Shown here one piece after another: positions 9,002-18,654 of a stretch of DNA of 64,000 nt. Each line of letters starts with the position of its first letter. The first letter of the stretch is position 1. Source of the DNA: Oscillospiraceae bacterium (GTDB taxonomy: Bacteria > Bacillota > Clostridia > Oscillospirales > Oscillospiraceae); contig JAFSBW010000071.1 of NCBI GenBank assembly GCA_017437095.1, forward strand, positions 322 through 64,321, given 5' to 3'. Position numbers and translations under genes: made by a program. The notes beneath the pieces were generated by a model. That model saw only the letters and a program-made list of their open reading frames with translations, searched no databases and was not told the DNA's origin.

Positions 9002-10225
9002 TTAAAATGCCCAGTTGCCGCCGCGGAAGATGGCTACGGTAGAGCCGTCGGCGCAGGTGGCATCGATGTTCATGCTGTCGCAGCCGATCATAAAATCCAC
9101 ATGGATCATAGAATCGTTAATGCCCAGCTCCTGACACTCTTTCAGGGTCTTACTGTGGTGATCCCGGATGGTGTCGGCAAAGCCGGCGCCCACGGCCAGG
9201 TGGCAGGCGGCGTTTTCGTCAAACAGAGTTTCGTAGAACAGGATGCCGCTTTCGCAGATGGGGCTGCGCTGGGGCACCAGGGCGCACTCGCCCAGGTAGG
9301 CCGCGCCTTCGTCCATGGTGACCATAGTCTTCAGCAGCTCCTCGCCCTTTTCCGCGCCTACCTCCACGGCCTTTCCGTTTTCAAAGCGCATCCAGAAGTT
9401 CTCGATCAGCTGGCCCTGGTAGGAAAGGGGCTTGGTAGAGTACACAATGCCCTCGGCCTGGCCACGCATGGGGGAAATGAAGCATTCCTCGGTGGGGATA
9501 TTGGGGTTGAAGAAGATGCCCTGGCGGGATACCTCGCCGCCGCCGCAGAAGATAGCTTCCGGGATCATGCCCACGGTAAGGTCAGTGCCGTTGTCGGCGG
9601 TATAGTGCAAAGAGCGGATGTTCAGGCTGTTCAGGTGGTCGCAGCGGGCCTTCAGGTCGGCATTGTGGTCTTCCCAGGCCTTCAGGGGGTCATCGGTTAC
9701 CCGGGAGGTAAACAGAATGGCTTCCCACAGCTTTTCCATAGCCTTGCCCTTGGGCAGGCCGGGGAAAACCTTCTTTGCCCAGGCCGCGCCGGGAACGGCG
9801 GCGATGCACCACTGCTGCTTGCCGTCCCGCTCGTCAATATAGGGCTTGAGAATGGGGTAGCTCAGCTTGCGGGCCTTGGCCAGCTTGTCCATACGCACGC
9901 CCTTCAGGCCGTCGGGATCGTCGGACACCAGGTGGATACGGCAGGGCAGCTCCTGGCAGTAGTGCTTTTGCCGCTCCTGAACCCAGGCGGGCACGGCTCC
10001 CAGGGTCTTAACGCTCTGATAGCGGGCGTGGAGCTTGGTAAGCTTATCGTAGCTCCATTCTACAATGACCTTCTTGGCCTTGGCCTTGTAGGCCTCCTCT
10101 ACTACCATATAAACAAATTCAGGCTGATCCAAGCCGGCGTAGATCATAACCTCCTGGCCCTTTTGCACATTGGCGCCGCAGCGAACAATGAGCTTAGCGT
10201 ACTCTCTTAATGCAGTTTTCTTCAT
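9002..10225 (-). CDS. Aminopeptidase, M29 family (PepS/AmpS-like)
   Basis: GANVQKGQ, NIPTEECF, LGECALV, LFDENAACHLA, SMIHVDFMIG motifs. Confidence 0.93.
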   Translation of the reverse strand: MKKTALREYAKLIVRCGANVQKGQEVMIYAGLDQPEFVYMVVEEAYKAKAKKVIVEWSYDKLTKLHARYQSVKTLGAVPAWVQERQKHYCQELPCRIHLVSDDPDGLKGVRMDKLAKARKLSYPILKPYIDERDGKQQWCIAAVPGAAWAKKVFPGLPKGKAMEKLWEAILFTSRVTDDPLKAWEDHNADLKARCDHLNSLNIRSLHYTADNGTDLTVGMIPEAIFCGGGEVSRQGIFFNPNIPTEECFISPMRGQAEGIVYSTKPLSYQGQLIENFWMRFENGKAVEVGAEKGEELLKTMVTMDEGAAYLGECALVPQRSPICESGILFYETLFDENAACHLAVGAGFADTIRDHHSKTLKECQELGINDSMIHVDFMIGCDSMNIDATCADGSTVAIFRGGNWAF

Positions 10226-10353
10226 TTTTGGCTCTCCTTTGCAAAAAAACTGTATATATTCTACCACTTTTTCGCCCTGCCGTCAATCTTTCTTGCATTT
10301 GCCGGGGATATCAGGTATAATAAAAGTATAATTTACCAAAGGAGCGAATATTT

Positions 10354-11220
10354 ATGCTCACTGTAGAAGAATTTCACAGCAAAATCGAAAGCGGCCTGCG
10401 CCTGCTGGACGGCGCTACCGGCTCCAACCTGCGCCTGGCGGGAATGCCCCGGGGGGAAAGCACGGAAAAATGGGTGCTGGAAAACCCGGAGGTTTTGATG
10501 GCGCTGCAGCGGCGCTACGCCGAAGCCGGCAGCCAGATCATCTACGCCCCTACCTTCCAGGCCCAGCCCATCGCCCTGGAAAAGCTGGGCCTGGCAGACC
10601 AATGCGAGGATATCAACGCCCGGCTGGTAGAGCTTAGCCGCAAGGCCGCTCCCGGCTGCCTCATCGCCGGCAACCTGACCACCCTGGCCACCTTTACCGA
10701 CAGCTGGGACGAGGAGCAGTTTGACCTGCTTGTGGAAAACTACAGCCGCCAGATCCGGGGGCTGCTGGATGGCGGCGCCGACCTGCTGGCGGCGGAAACC
10801 CTGATGTACCCCCAGGAGGCGGAAGCCATCCTTACCGCCGCGGAGCTGGAGGGGGCAAGCTGCTGCATGTATTCGTTTACCATGCAAGGCGACGGCAGCC
10901 TGTTCTCCGGCCGGGATGCCGGGCCCATCCTGCGGGAGCTGGAGGAAAACGGCGCTGCCGCCGTGGGCTTTAACTGCGTAGCCGCGGACATGATGACCCC
11001 CTACCTGGTAACTAAGCTCCGCCGCAGCGTAAAAGGCCCTCTGCTTTGCAAGCCCAACGCCGGCAACCCCATCATCGGCGCTGACGGCCTGGCCAGCTAC
11101 GCCATGAAGCCGGAGGAATTTGCCGCCATCATGGCCCAGTGCCGGGTAAACGGCGCTACCCTTTTGGGCGGCTGCTGCGGCACAGACCCCAGCTATATTG
11201 CAGCGCTGAAGGGGCTGTAA
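10354..11220 (+). CDS. Homocysteine S-methyltransferase family protein (stand-alone)
   Basis: LLDGATG, AVGFNC, KPNAG, LGGCCGTDP zinc-ligand motifs. Confidence 0.92.
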   Translation: MLTVEEFHSKIESGLRLLDGATGSNLRLAGMPRGESTEKWVLENPEVLMALQRRYAEAGSQIIYAPTFQAQPIALEKLGLADQCEDINARLVELSRKAAPGCLIAGNLTTLATFTDSWDEEQFDLLVENYSRQIRGLLDGGADLLAAETLMYPQEAEAILTAAELEGASCCMYSFTMQGDGSLFSGRDAGPILRELEENGAAAVGFNCVAADMMTPYLVTKLRRSVKGPLLCKPNAGNPIIGADGLASYAMKPEEFAAIMAQCRVNGATLLGGCCGTDPSYIAALKGL

Positions 11221-11241
11221 GCTTTCGCCATAGCCTAACAG

Positions 11242-11273
11242 AAAAAATTCGCCCCTGCGGGGGCGATTTTTTT
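11242..11273 (+). terminator. Intrinsic terminator
   Basis: TCGCCCC/GGGGCGA stem followed by a T run. Confidence 0.75.
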
Positions 11274-11312
11274 GTTGCATATTTATTCAGCATTTGGTAA
11301 AATAGACTCGTT

Positions 11313-12713
11313 ATGGAAAAGAGAAAACACTTGTATGTCAGCCGCAAAAATGTGCTGACCTGGCTGATGGCACTTTGCCTGACGGCTTCGGCAGTGGCCC
11401 GCATCGTTTTCGCCTGTATGAAAGGAACAGAGGAATCGGAGAATGTTTGGTGCCTGGTAGTTCTGCCCGTAGCCGCAACGGTGCTGTATGTGCTGATCGC
11501 CCTTATCAGCGGCAAGGAGCGTTTTTACAAAACCGCTTTGCCCATTTGGATCCTTGGCATTTTCTACGCCATCCGCCCCCACAGCTTTATTGAAGGCGGG
11601 CTGATGATGGCGCTGTTTGTATGCGCCCTGATCCTGTTCTGCCTGGTGTATACCAATGTTACCTGCGGGCGCTTCCCCCACAGCTGGCTGCTGTTCCCGC
11701 TGTGCCTGGTGCCGCTGGTGTTTATGGTGTACTACGGCGGCATTTCTACCAAAGAAGAGGCCCTTTGCCTGCTGCCGGACTTTTTAATCTTCATCGGCCT
11801 GGCGCTGCTGAGCCTGGGCATCCATGTGCATCCCAGCGGTGAGTACCACCCCACCTGGGGCGACCGGGTGGATGGCCGCCGCATTCGCGGCCTTGCGCCT
11901 ATGGATGTGATCAGCCCCTATTTTATGCCCGACCGCTCCGGCGCTATGAACTACTACGCCGATGCCATTGAGATCACCCCCATGGAGCGCTATATCCGCC
12001 AAAAGCGCAAGGAAGGTCTTTCCAGCTTTGGCATCAACCATGTGCTGCTGGCGGCCTATGCCCGCATCCTTTGCAAGTACCCCAAGCTCAACCGCTTCCT
12101 CTCCGGCCAGAAGCTCTATACCCGGGGCGATGAGATCATTTACTGCATGACGGTTAAGAAGGATATGAGCGTAGAATCCCCAGATACGGTGATCAAAGTG
12201 CGCCTGAACCGCACCGATACCGCCGAAGATGTTTACCGCAAGTTTAACGCCGCCCTGGAAGAAGCCAAGCAGGAAGAAGATACCGGCTTCGACTCCCTTA
12301 CCGGCGTTTTCTCCATGATCCCCAGCATCGTGCTGAAATTTGTGGTATGGCTGCTGAAGCTGCTGGACTATTTCGGCCTGGTGCCTATGGCGCTGCTGGA
12401 TTTCAGCCCCTTCCACGGAAGCCTTTACTTTACCTCCATGGGCAGTTTGGGCATCCCCCCGGTGTATCACCATCTGTACGATTTCGGCAACCTGCCTGTA
12501 TTCGGCGCCTTCGGCTGCAAGCGCAAGGCCTATGAAATGCAGGAAGACGGCAGCATCGTGCAGCGTAAGTACATAGATGTGCAGTTTACTCTGGACGAGC
12601 GCATTGTAGACGGCTACTACTACGCCACCTTCTTCAAGGCCTATAAGCGCCTGCTGCGCACCCCGGAGCTGCTGGACTCCAAACCTGTAGAGATCAACTA
12701 TGACGAAGCCTGA
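11313..12713 (+). CDS. Membrane protein with C-terminal 2-oxoacid dehydrogenase E2/CAT-like acyltransferase domain
   Basis: About 5-6 hydrophobic segments in the first ~170 aa, then KYPKLNRF, FTSMGSLG and TLDERIVDGY, resembling the E2 catalytic domain. Confidence 0.75.
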   Translation: MEKRKHLYVSRKNVLTWLMALCLTASAVARIVFACMKGTEESENVWCLVVLPVAATVLYVLIALISGKERFYKTALPIWILGIFYAIRPHSFIEGGLMMALFVCALILFCLVYTNVTCGRFPHSWLLFPLCLVPLVFMVYYGGISTKEEALCLLPDFLIFIGLALLSLGIHVHPSGEYHPTWGDRVDGRRIRGLAPMDVISPYFMPDRSGAMNYYADAIEITPMERYIRQKRKEGLSSFGINHVLLAAYARILCKYPKLNRFLSGQKLYTRGDEIIYCMTVKKDMSVESPDTVIKVRLNRTDTAEDVYRKFNAALEEAKQEEDTGFDSLTGVFSMIPSIVLKFVVWLLKLLDYFGLVPMALLDFSPFHGSLYFTSMGSLGIPPVYHHLYDFGNLPVFGAFGCKRKAYEMQEDGSIVQRKYIDVQFTLDERIVDGYYYATFFKAYKRLLRTPELLDSKPVEINYDEA

Positions 12714-13500
12714 TATGCTTACAAACCTTTTGCCCCAGGACCATCCCTGGGGCAAAAGCATATATTACTACCATACCCTGCCCTCCACCAATACCCTGGC
12801 CAAGCACTTGGCTGCCCAGGGCGCAGCCGAGGGTACGGTGATCATCGCCGGGGAGCAGACCGCCGGCCGTGGCCGCCTGGGCCGCAGCTTCAGCTCCCGC
12901 TCCGGTCTGGGGCTTTACCTGAGCGTGATCCTGCGCCCCGGCTGCAAGCCGGAAAAACTGATGCACCTAACCTGCACCGCAGGCCTGGCCGCGGCAGATG
13001 CCGTAGAAGAAGCGGCTGGTATTCGCCCGGGCATTAAATGGGCCAACGATCTGGTGCATGACGGGCGGAAGCTGGGGGGCATCCTTACGGAGCTGGGCTT
13101 TGACAGCCAGGGCAATGTAGCCTGGGCGGTGGTTGGCATTGGCATCAACTGCCTGCATAAAGCGGAAGATTTCCCCCAGGAATTGGGGGGCATCGCCGCT
13201 TCCCTGGCCATGGCCACCGGGCGGCAGATCGCTCCGCTGAGCTTGGCCAAGGCGCTGACAGCGCGGCTGGAAGCCATGGCGCGGCAGCTGAGCGATGCCG
13301 GAGCCATTATGGCGCGCTACCGGGAAAACTGCTTGACCCTGGGCCGGGAGATCTGCGTAGTGCGTGGGGATGAAAAGCGCTGCGGCACAGCGGTTACGGT
13401 AGAAGACGACGGCGCGCTTTTGGTGCGCTACGCTGACGGAACTACCCAGGCCGTAGCTTCCGGGGAGGTTAGCATACGGGGAATGTACGGTTACTTATAA
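12700..13500 (+). CDS. birA: Biotin--protein ligase without N-terminal HTH (class I)
   Basis: STNT, QTAGRGRLGRSF, IKWANDL, KLGGILTE, GIGIN, SGEVS. Confidence 0.95.
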   Translation: MTKPDMLTNLLPQDHPWGKSIYYYHTLPSTNTLAKHLAAQGAAEGTVIIAGEQTAGRGRLGRSFSSRSGLGLYLSVILRPGCKPEKLMHLTCTAGLAAADAVEEAAGIRPGIKWANDLVHDGRKLGGILTELGFDSQGNVAWAVVGIGINCLHKAEDFPQELGGIAASLAMATGRQIAPLSLAKALTARLEAMARQLSDAGAIMARYRENCLTLGREICVVRGDEKRCGTAVTVEDDGALLVRYADGTTQAVASGEVSIRGMYGYL

Positions 13501-13537
13501 AATAGCGAAAAATTTACAAAATATTCCCATTCCCATC

Positions 13538-13566
13538 TTGCAATCGGCAAACAAATTGGTTATACT
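13538..13566 (+). promoter_or_regulatory. sigmaA promoter
   Basis: TTGCAA-17 bp-TATACT. Confidence 0.7.
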
Positions 13567-13600
13567 ATAGTTGCAAAATTTTTTAGGGAGGCATTTTACT

Positions 13601-13885
13601 ATGAAGTCTTTTAACCTGATCGCCAAGATCCTTGCCGCTCTGGCTGCCATTGCCGGCGCTATTTATGTTGTTGCTACCTACGGTGACAAGATCGTTGCCT
13701 GGGCTAAGAGCATGATGCCCAATGTGGAGTCCATCGACGAAGAGATCGAAGAAGCTGCTGAAGACGCTGAAGACGTTGTCGAAGAAGTCGCTGAGGCCGT
13801 TGAGGAAGCCGTAGAAGAGGCTGCCGAGGCTGTTGAAGAGGCTGTTGAGACCGTCGTAGCTGACGAGGCCGATTTCGAGGGCTAA
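13601..13885 (+). CDS. Small membrane-anchored, highly acidic protein (94 aa)
   Basis: AGGGAGG SD, ATG 13601, N-terminal hydrophobic helix, E/A/V-rich repeats; has its own promoter and terminator. Confidence 0.85.
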   Translation: MKSFNLIAKILAALAAIAGAIYVVATYGDKIVAWAKSMMPNVESIDEEIEEAAEDAEDVVEEVAEAVEEAVEEAAEAVEEAVETVVADEADFEG

Positions 13886-13896
13886 TTTCTGAACAT

Positions 13897-13932
13897 AAAA
13901 ACCGGTGCAGTTTCAAGCTGCACCGGTTTTTT
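13897..13932. terminator. Bidirectional intrinsic terminator
   Basis: AAAAACCGGTGCAG/CTGCACCGGTTTTT between convergent genes. Confidence 0.88.
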
Positions 13933-13938
13933 CTTTGT

Positions 13939-15144
13939 TTAAAAGGTGGAGGTTAGCTGGATCAGCATTTCGGTGATGGCCTGCATATCCTCTGCCGGGA
14001 TATACTCGAAGCGGCTGTGGTAGTTTTCGCCGCCGGTGCAAAGGTTGGGGCAAGGCAGGCCCATATAGCTGAGCCTTGCGCCGTCGGTGCCGCCCCGGAT
14101 GGGCACTACCTCGGGGGTTATGCCCGCGTTTACCATAGCCTGCTTGGCCCGGTCTACTACGAACATGCAGGGGCGGATCTTCTCGCGCATATTGTAGTAG
14201 CTGTCACGAAGCTCCAGCTCTACTGCGCCCTGGCCGTATTTTTTATTCAGCAGGGCCACGATATCTTCCAGCAGCGTCTTCTTTTGGGCAAAGGCGGCCA
14301 TATCGTGATCCCGGATGATATAGCGCAGGGTAGTTTCCTCCACGCAGCCGGTTATGCCCGTAAGGTGGAAGAAGCCCTCGTAGCCCTCGGTATGCTCCGG
14401 GCGCTGGGCAGCAGGCAGCAGGCCGTGCAGCTCCATGGCGATATGCTGGGAGTTTACCATCTGGTTTTTGGCAGAGCCGGGGTGGATATTGCGGCCACGG
14501 ACGGTGATCTTGGCGGAAGCGGCGTTGAAATTCTCATATTCCAGCTCGCCGATGGCGCCGCCGTCTACGGTATAGGCGTAGTCCGCGCCGAAATTCTCCA
14601 CATCGAAAAGGTCAGCCCCCCGGCCGATCTCTTCATCGGGGGTAAAGGCCAGCTTGACGGTGCAGCGGCCGATGCGCAGCTTCATAAGCATCTCGGCGGC
14701 AGTCATGATCTCGGCGATGCCGGCTTTGTCGTCAGCGCCCAGAAGGGTGGTTCCGTCGGTAACGATCAGGTGCTTGCCCAGGTGCTTGGCAAGGCCGGGA
14801 TAGTCGCTTTGGCGCAGGTAGATGCCCTGCTCTTCATTCAGGCAGATATCCTGGCCGGTATACTCCACGATTCTTGCCTTTACATTTTCGCCGGAGGCAT
14901 CCGGGGAGGTATCCATATGGGCGATCAGGCCGATGGTAGGCATGGCAGGGTTGCCGGGGATGGTGCCGTATACATAGCCGTTTTCGTCCATGCGGGCATC
15001 CTCAATGCCCAGAGCCAGCATTTCCTCTACCAGGGCCTTGCCCAGCAGCCGCTGCTTATGGGTAGAGGGGCAGGTATCGCTCATTTCGTTGGACTGGGTA
15101 TCAAAGCTTACATAGCGCAAAAAACGCTCTACAACAGGTGTCAT
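13939..15144 (-). CDS. pepT: Peptidase T
   Basis: IAHMDTSPD, TDGTTLLGADDKAG, PDEEIGRG, PIRGGTDG, NYHSRFE. Confidence 0.97.
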   Translation of the reverse strand: MTPVVERFLRYVSFDTQSNEMSDTCPSTHKQRLLGKALVEEMLALGIEDARMDENGYVYGTIPGNPAMPTIGLIAHMDTSPDASGENVKARIVEYTGQDICLNEEQGIYLRQSDYPGLAKHLGKHLIVTDGTTLLGADDKAGIAEIMTAAEMLMKLRIGRCTVKLAFTPDEEIGRGADLFDVENFGADYAYTVDGGAIGELEYENFNAASAKITVRGRNIHPGSAKNQMVNSQHIAMELHGLLPAAQRPEHTEGYEGFFHLTGITGCVEETTLRYIIRDHDMAAFAQKKTLLEDIVALLNKKYGQGAVELELRDSYYNMREKIRPCMFVVDRAKQAMVNAGITPEVVPIRGGTDGARLSYMGLPCPNLCTGGENYHSRFEYIPAEDMQAITEMLIQLTSTF

Positions 15145-15158
15145 AGTATTCTCCTTTG

Positions 15159-15186
15159 AAAAAAGGCGGGGTCTCCCCCGCCTTTT
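15159..15186 (-). terminator. Terminator after ackA
   Basis: AAAAGGCGGGG/CCCCGCCTTTT hairpin. Confidence 0.75.
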
Positions 15187-15201
15187 ATTGATATTTAGGT
15201 G

Positions 15202-16392
15202 TTACTTGGCAGCGCTGACCAGCTCAGCGGTATCCTGAGCGATCATCAGCTCTTCGTTGGTGGGGATGACCCAAACGGTGACCTTGGAATCGTCGGCGGA
15301 GATGATGGCTTCCTTGCCGCGGACGCTGTTCTTCTCGGCATCGATCTTCACGCCCAGGAACTCCAGGCCCTCACAGATGCGAGCGCGCATGGAAGCGGAG
15401 TTCTCGCCAACACCGGCGGTAAATACCAGGCAATCCAGGCCGCCCAGAGCAGCAGCGTAGGAGCCGATATACTTGCGAACTTCGTAGGCGAACTTGTCCA
15501 GAGCCAGAGCGCAGTCTTCATTGCCCTCGGCAGCGCCGTTCTCGATGTCACGGAAGTCGGAAGATACGCCGCTCAGAGCCAGCACGCCGCTCTTCTTGTT
15601 GAGCATGTTCAGGCAATCGTCAGCGGACATGCCGTACTTATTCATAATGAACTGCGCCACAGCGGTATCCAGATCGCCGGAGCGGGTACCCATAGGAACG
15701 CCGGCCAGAGGGGTAAGGCCCATGGAGGTATCCTGGCACTTGCCGCCGGAAACAGCGGACAGAGAGGAGCCGTTGCCCAGGTGGCAGTTGACGATCTTGA
15801 TGTCCTTAGTGCCCATCAGCTCGATGGCGCGCTTGGTAACATACTTGTGGGAAGTGCCGTGGAAGCCGTAGCGGCGGATGGAATCGTTCTTATAGTACTC
15901 GGTGGGGATGGCGTAGCGGTAGGCCTTGGGGGGCATGGTCATGTGGAAAGCGGTATCGAACACGGCAACCTGGGGAGTGGTAGGCATAACAGCCTGGCAG
16001 GCGCGGATGCCCATCAGGTTGGCGGGGTTATGCAGGGGGCCCAGGGGGATGCACTTTTCGATCGCGGCGATCACATCGTCGTTAATAATGCAGGAAGCAA
16101 AGAACTCCATGCCGCCGTGCAGCACCCGGTGGCCAACGGCATCGATCTGGTCGGTAGACTGGATAACGCCGTCAACGCTGTCTACCAGGATGTCCAGAGT
16201 AGCAGCAATGGCTTCGGAATGGGTGGGCATGGGAATGTCCTTAACCACCTTCTTGCCGTTGGCGCTGTGGTTCAGGCGGCCGTCAATGCCGATGCGCTCA
16301 CACAGACCCTTGGCAAAAACATCGCCGGTTTCAGGGTCCATCAGCTGGTACTTCAGGGAAGAGCTGCCTGCGTTGATAATCAGAATGTTCAT
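15202..16392 (-). CDS. ackA: Acetate kinase
   Basis: INAGSSSLKY, GHRVLHGG, PLHNP, YGFHGTSH, HLGNGSS, GTRSGD, PTNEE. Confidence 0.98.
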   Translation of the reverse strand: MNILIINAGSSSLKYQLMDPETGDVFAKGLCERIGIDGRLNHSANGKKVVKDIPMPTHSEAIAATLDILVDSVDGVIQSTDQIDAVGHRVLHGGMEFFASCIINDDVIAAIEKCIPLGPLHNPANLMGIRACQAVMPTTPQVAVFDTAFHMTMPPKAYRYAIPTEYYKNDSIRRYGFHGTSHKYVTKRAIELMGTKDIKIVNCHLGNGSSLSAVSGGKCQDTSMGLTPLAGVPMGTRSGDLDTAVAQFIMNKYGMSADDCLNMLNKKSGVLALSGVSSDFRDIENGAAEGNEDCALALDKFAYEVRKYIGSYAAALGGLDCLVFTAGVGENSASMRARICEGLEFLGVKIDAEKNSVRGKEAIISADDSKVTVWVIPTNEELMIAQDTAELVSAAK

Positions 16393-16532
16393 GGGAAAAT
16401 AGCCTCCTAAAAATTTCTGTTTTCATTTTTGGCAATATGTGATACTATATCCATAGCTAAGGCTATTGTATAACATTTTTAGGAAATTAACAAGACCCAG
16501 AAGGGAATTTTTACCGGGAAGGAGGGATTTTT

Positions 16533-17687
16533 TTGAAGACCGTTGGCATTATCTGCGAATATAACCCCTTCCACAATGGCCACGCCAAACAGATTTCGGC
16601 CATTGGCCGTCTTTGTGGCGAAGACAGCGCCATCGTATGCCTGATGAGCGGCAATTTTGTGCAGCGGGGCCACCCGGCAATCATCGATAAATCCCTCCGG
16701 GCCAAGGCCGCGGTAGACTGCGGGGCAGATCTGGTGCTGGAAATGCCGGCTGAGATCAGCCTCAGCTCCGCCGAAGGCTTCGCCGCCGGAAGCGTTAAGA
16801 TCCTTTCTTCTTTTTGCCATGCGCTGTGCTTTGGGGCAGAAAGCGCTTCGGCAGAAAGCCTATGGGCTGCTGCCAACGCTCTGCTCAGCCATGACTTCCC
16901 CCCTGCCCTGCGCCGGTTTTTGGAGGAAGGGCTCAGCTTCCCCGCTGCCCGGGCAAGGGCTTTGGAAAACCTGGGCTTGGATGCGGGTTTGCTCCAAAGC
17001 CCCAACGATACTCTGGCGGTAGAATACTGCAAGGCTATGATTGCCCAAGGCAGCGCTATGGAGATCCTGCCCATTCACCGGCAAGGGGATTACCACAGCG
17101 AAACGGCGGACCGGGATAACCCCTCTGCTACCTTTTTGCGGCGTGTGATGACCCAAGGGGAAAGCATTTGCCCCTATGTACCGCAAGGGGCGGTTTTTCA
17201 GCAAGCTGCCCCTTTGCATGCTTTGCACTACGGCCAGCGCGCCATCCTTACCCGCCTGCGCACCATGACCGAGGAAGAATTTGAAGCCCTGCCCTACGGC
17301 TCTGAGGGGCTTTGGCGCAAGCTGATGCACGAAAGCCGGCGGCAAAGCACCCTGGAAGGTATCCTTGCCGCCGTAAAATCCAAGCGCTATACCCGCACCC
17401 GGCTTGACCGCATGGTCATGTGCGCCTTTTTGGGCCTTACCGCCCAGGATCTGCAAACCCCTGCCCCCTATATCCGGGCGCTGGCAGCCAGCGCCAAGGG
17501 CCTGGCCGTTTTGAAGCAGGCCCGGCAAAGCCTGGCCGTTCTAAACCCCGGCCAGATCCCGGACAGCCCCTACTGGGCCGCAGAAGAGCGCTTAGGAAGC
17601 CTATACGGCCTGTTTGCCAAGGATGGCCCGGAAAGCCCCAACGCCGAGCATACCCGGCGCATCTATATCCCCAAAGCAGAAGCTTAA
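16533..17687 (+). CDS. tmcAL: tRNA(Met) cytidine acetate ligase (YlbM-type nucleotidyltransferase)
   Basis: GIICEYNPFHNGH, MSGNFVQRG, PNDTLAVEY, KSKRYTRTRLDR; divergent from ackA. Confidence 0.9.
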   Translation: MKTVGIICEYNPFHNGHAKQISAIGRLCGEDSAIVCLMSGNFVQRGHPAIIDKSLRAKAAVDCGADLVLEMPAEISLSSAEGFAAGSVKILSSFCHALCFGAESASAESLWAAANALLSHDFPPALRRFLEEGLSFPAARARALENLGLDAGLLQSPNDTLAVEYCKAMIAQGSAMEILPIHRQGDYHSETADRDNPSATFLRRVMTQGESICPYVPQGAVFQQAAPLHALHYGQRAILTRLRTMTEEEFEALPYGSEGLWRKLMHESRRQSTLEGILAAVKSKRYTRTRLDRMVMCAFLGLTAQDLQTPAPYIRALAASAKGLAVLKQARQSLAVLNPGQIPDSPYWAAEERLGSLYGLFAKDGPESPNAEHTRRIYIPKAEA

Positions 17688-17711
17688 AGCCGGCGCAAGG
17701 GAATAAAGCCC

Positions 17712-18560
17712 CTATTGCTCCGGAAAAATAGGCAGCGAGAACATTTCCTGCACCCATACCCTGCCCTGCCAGCCCTCGGCGGCGGCCTCCCAATGCAGCT
17801 GCAAGCGCCTGGGTACCCCCGCTTCCGCCGGCAGCTCCAGGGAAAAGCTTTGATAGGCCTTTGCGCCGGGGCTGAGCCTTCCGGCCAGCGCTTGCCCCAG
17901 GGGCAGGCCGTTTACCCGGATGCTGCCTGCGCGCAAATGGAGATTTTCCCGGGTTTTGTTTTCTATCAGGCACTCCATATACAGCTGATCCCCTTGCCGG
18001 TACAGCTGGGTAACCGCCAGGGCGCAGCCGTTGTTGTCAAACAGCACCATAGCATCCTGAGGGTACACCAAAGGAGCGCTCTGGGGCGTTTTCTCCCCAG
18101 GCAGGGAAAAGGCGCATTGCCGGTCTACCAAATATCCCCGGTGCAGATCCTCCTGGGAAAATACCCGCAGGCGAAACTCCCCGGCCTTTGGCTGGGAAAT
18201 GCCGCATTTTTCCAAAGTGCCCCTTTCCAGGCGCAAAACAAACTCCCCGGCCTGGCCGGGATCCAGGCTCTCGCTCCAAAACGGGAGCAATTGCCACCCC
18301 TGCAGGCACAGATCCTCCACCGTAAACATAAGCTTCTGGCCGCTTTTGTTGCAGCAAAGCACTCTGGCCTCCCAATCCCCTGCGGCATTTTGGCCCAGGG
18401 TATCCAAAGTAAAGCTGCATTCAGCCGTATCGGCATAGTTTTGGGCCTGCCAGGGCTGGGCGGTCTGCGCCGGGGGCATTGCTGCCGGAAGCTCCGGAAG
18501 TGAGATCTTCTGGCATCCGGCCAGAAAAAAGATTAGAAAAATATACAAACTTTTTCTCAT
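17712..18560 (-). CDS. Putative lipoprotein with two beta-rich modules
   Basis: MRKSLYIFLIFFLAGC lipobox after GAGGGGGG SD; two similar segments (NKSGQKL..LDPGQ and NKTRENL..LSPGA). Confidence 0.7.
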   Translation of the reverse strand: MRKSLYIFLIFFLAGCQKISLPELPAAMPPAQTAQPWQAQNYADTAECSFTLDTLGQNAAGDWEARVLCCNKSGQKLMFTVEDLCLQGWQLLPFWSESLDPGQAGEFVLRLERGTLEKCGISQPKAGEFRLRVFSQEDLHRGYLVDRQCAFSLPGEKTPQSAPLVYPQDAMVLFDNNGCALAVTQLYRQGDQLYMECLIENKTRENLHLRAGSIRVNGLPLGQALAGRLSPGAKAYQSFSLELPAEAGVPRRLQLHWEAAAEGWQGRVWVQEMFSLPIFPEQ

Positions 18561-18654
18561 TTTACCCCCCTCTTTCTCTATATTTTCTGTATTATTCAGC
18601 ATACTATACAAAGTTTTTCTAAAAAGTTTGGAAAGGTAACCAAATGGTGATTTT

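Noticed and set aside
15202-17687. Divergent ackA-tmcAL pairing as a novel acetate link
   Set aside because: This adjacency is common in Clostridia and TmcAL's use of acetate is established.
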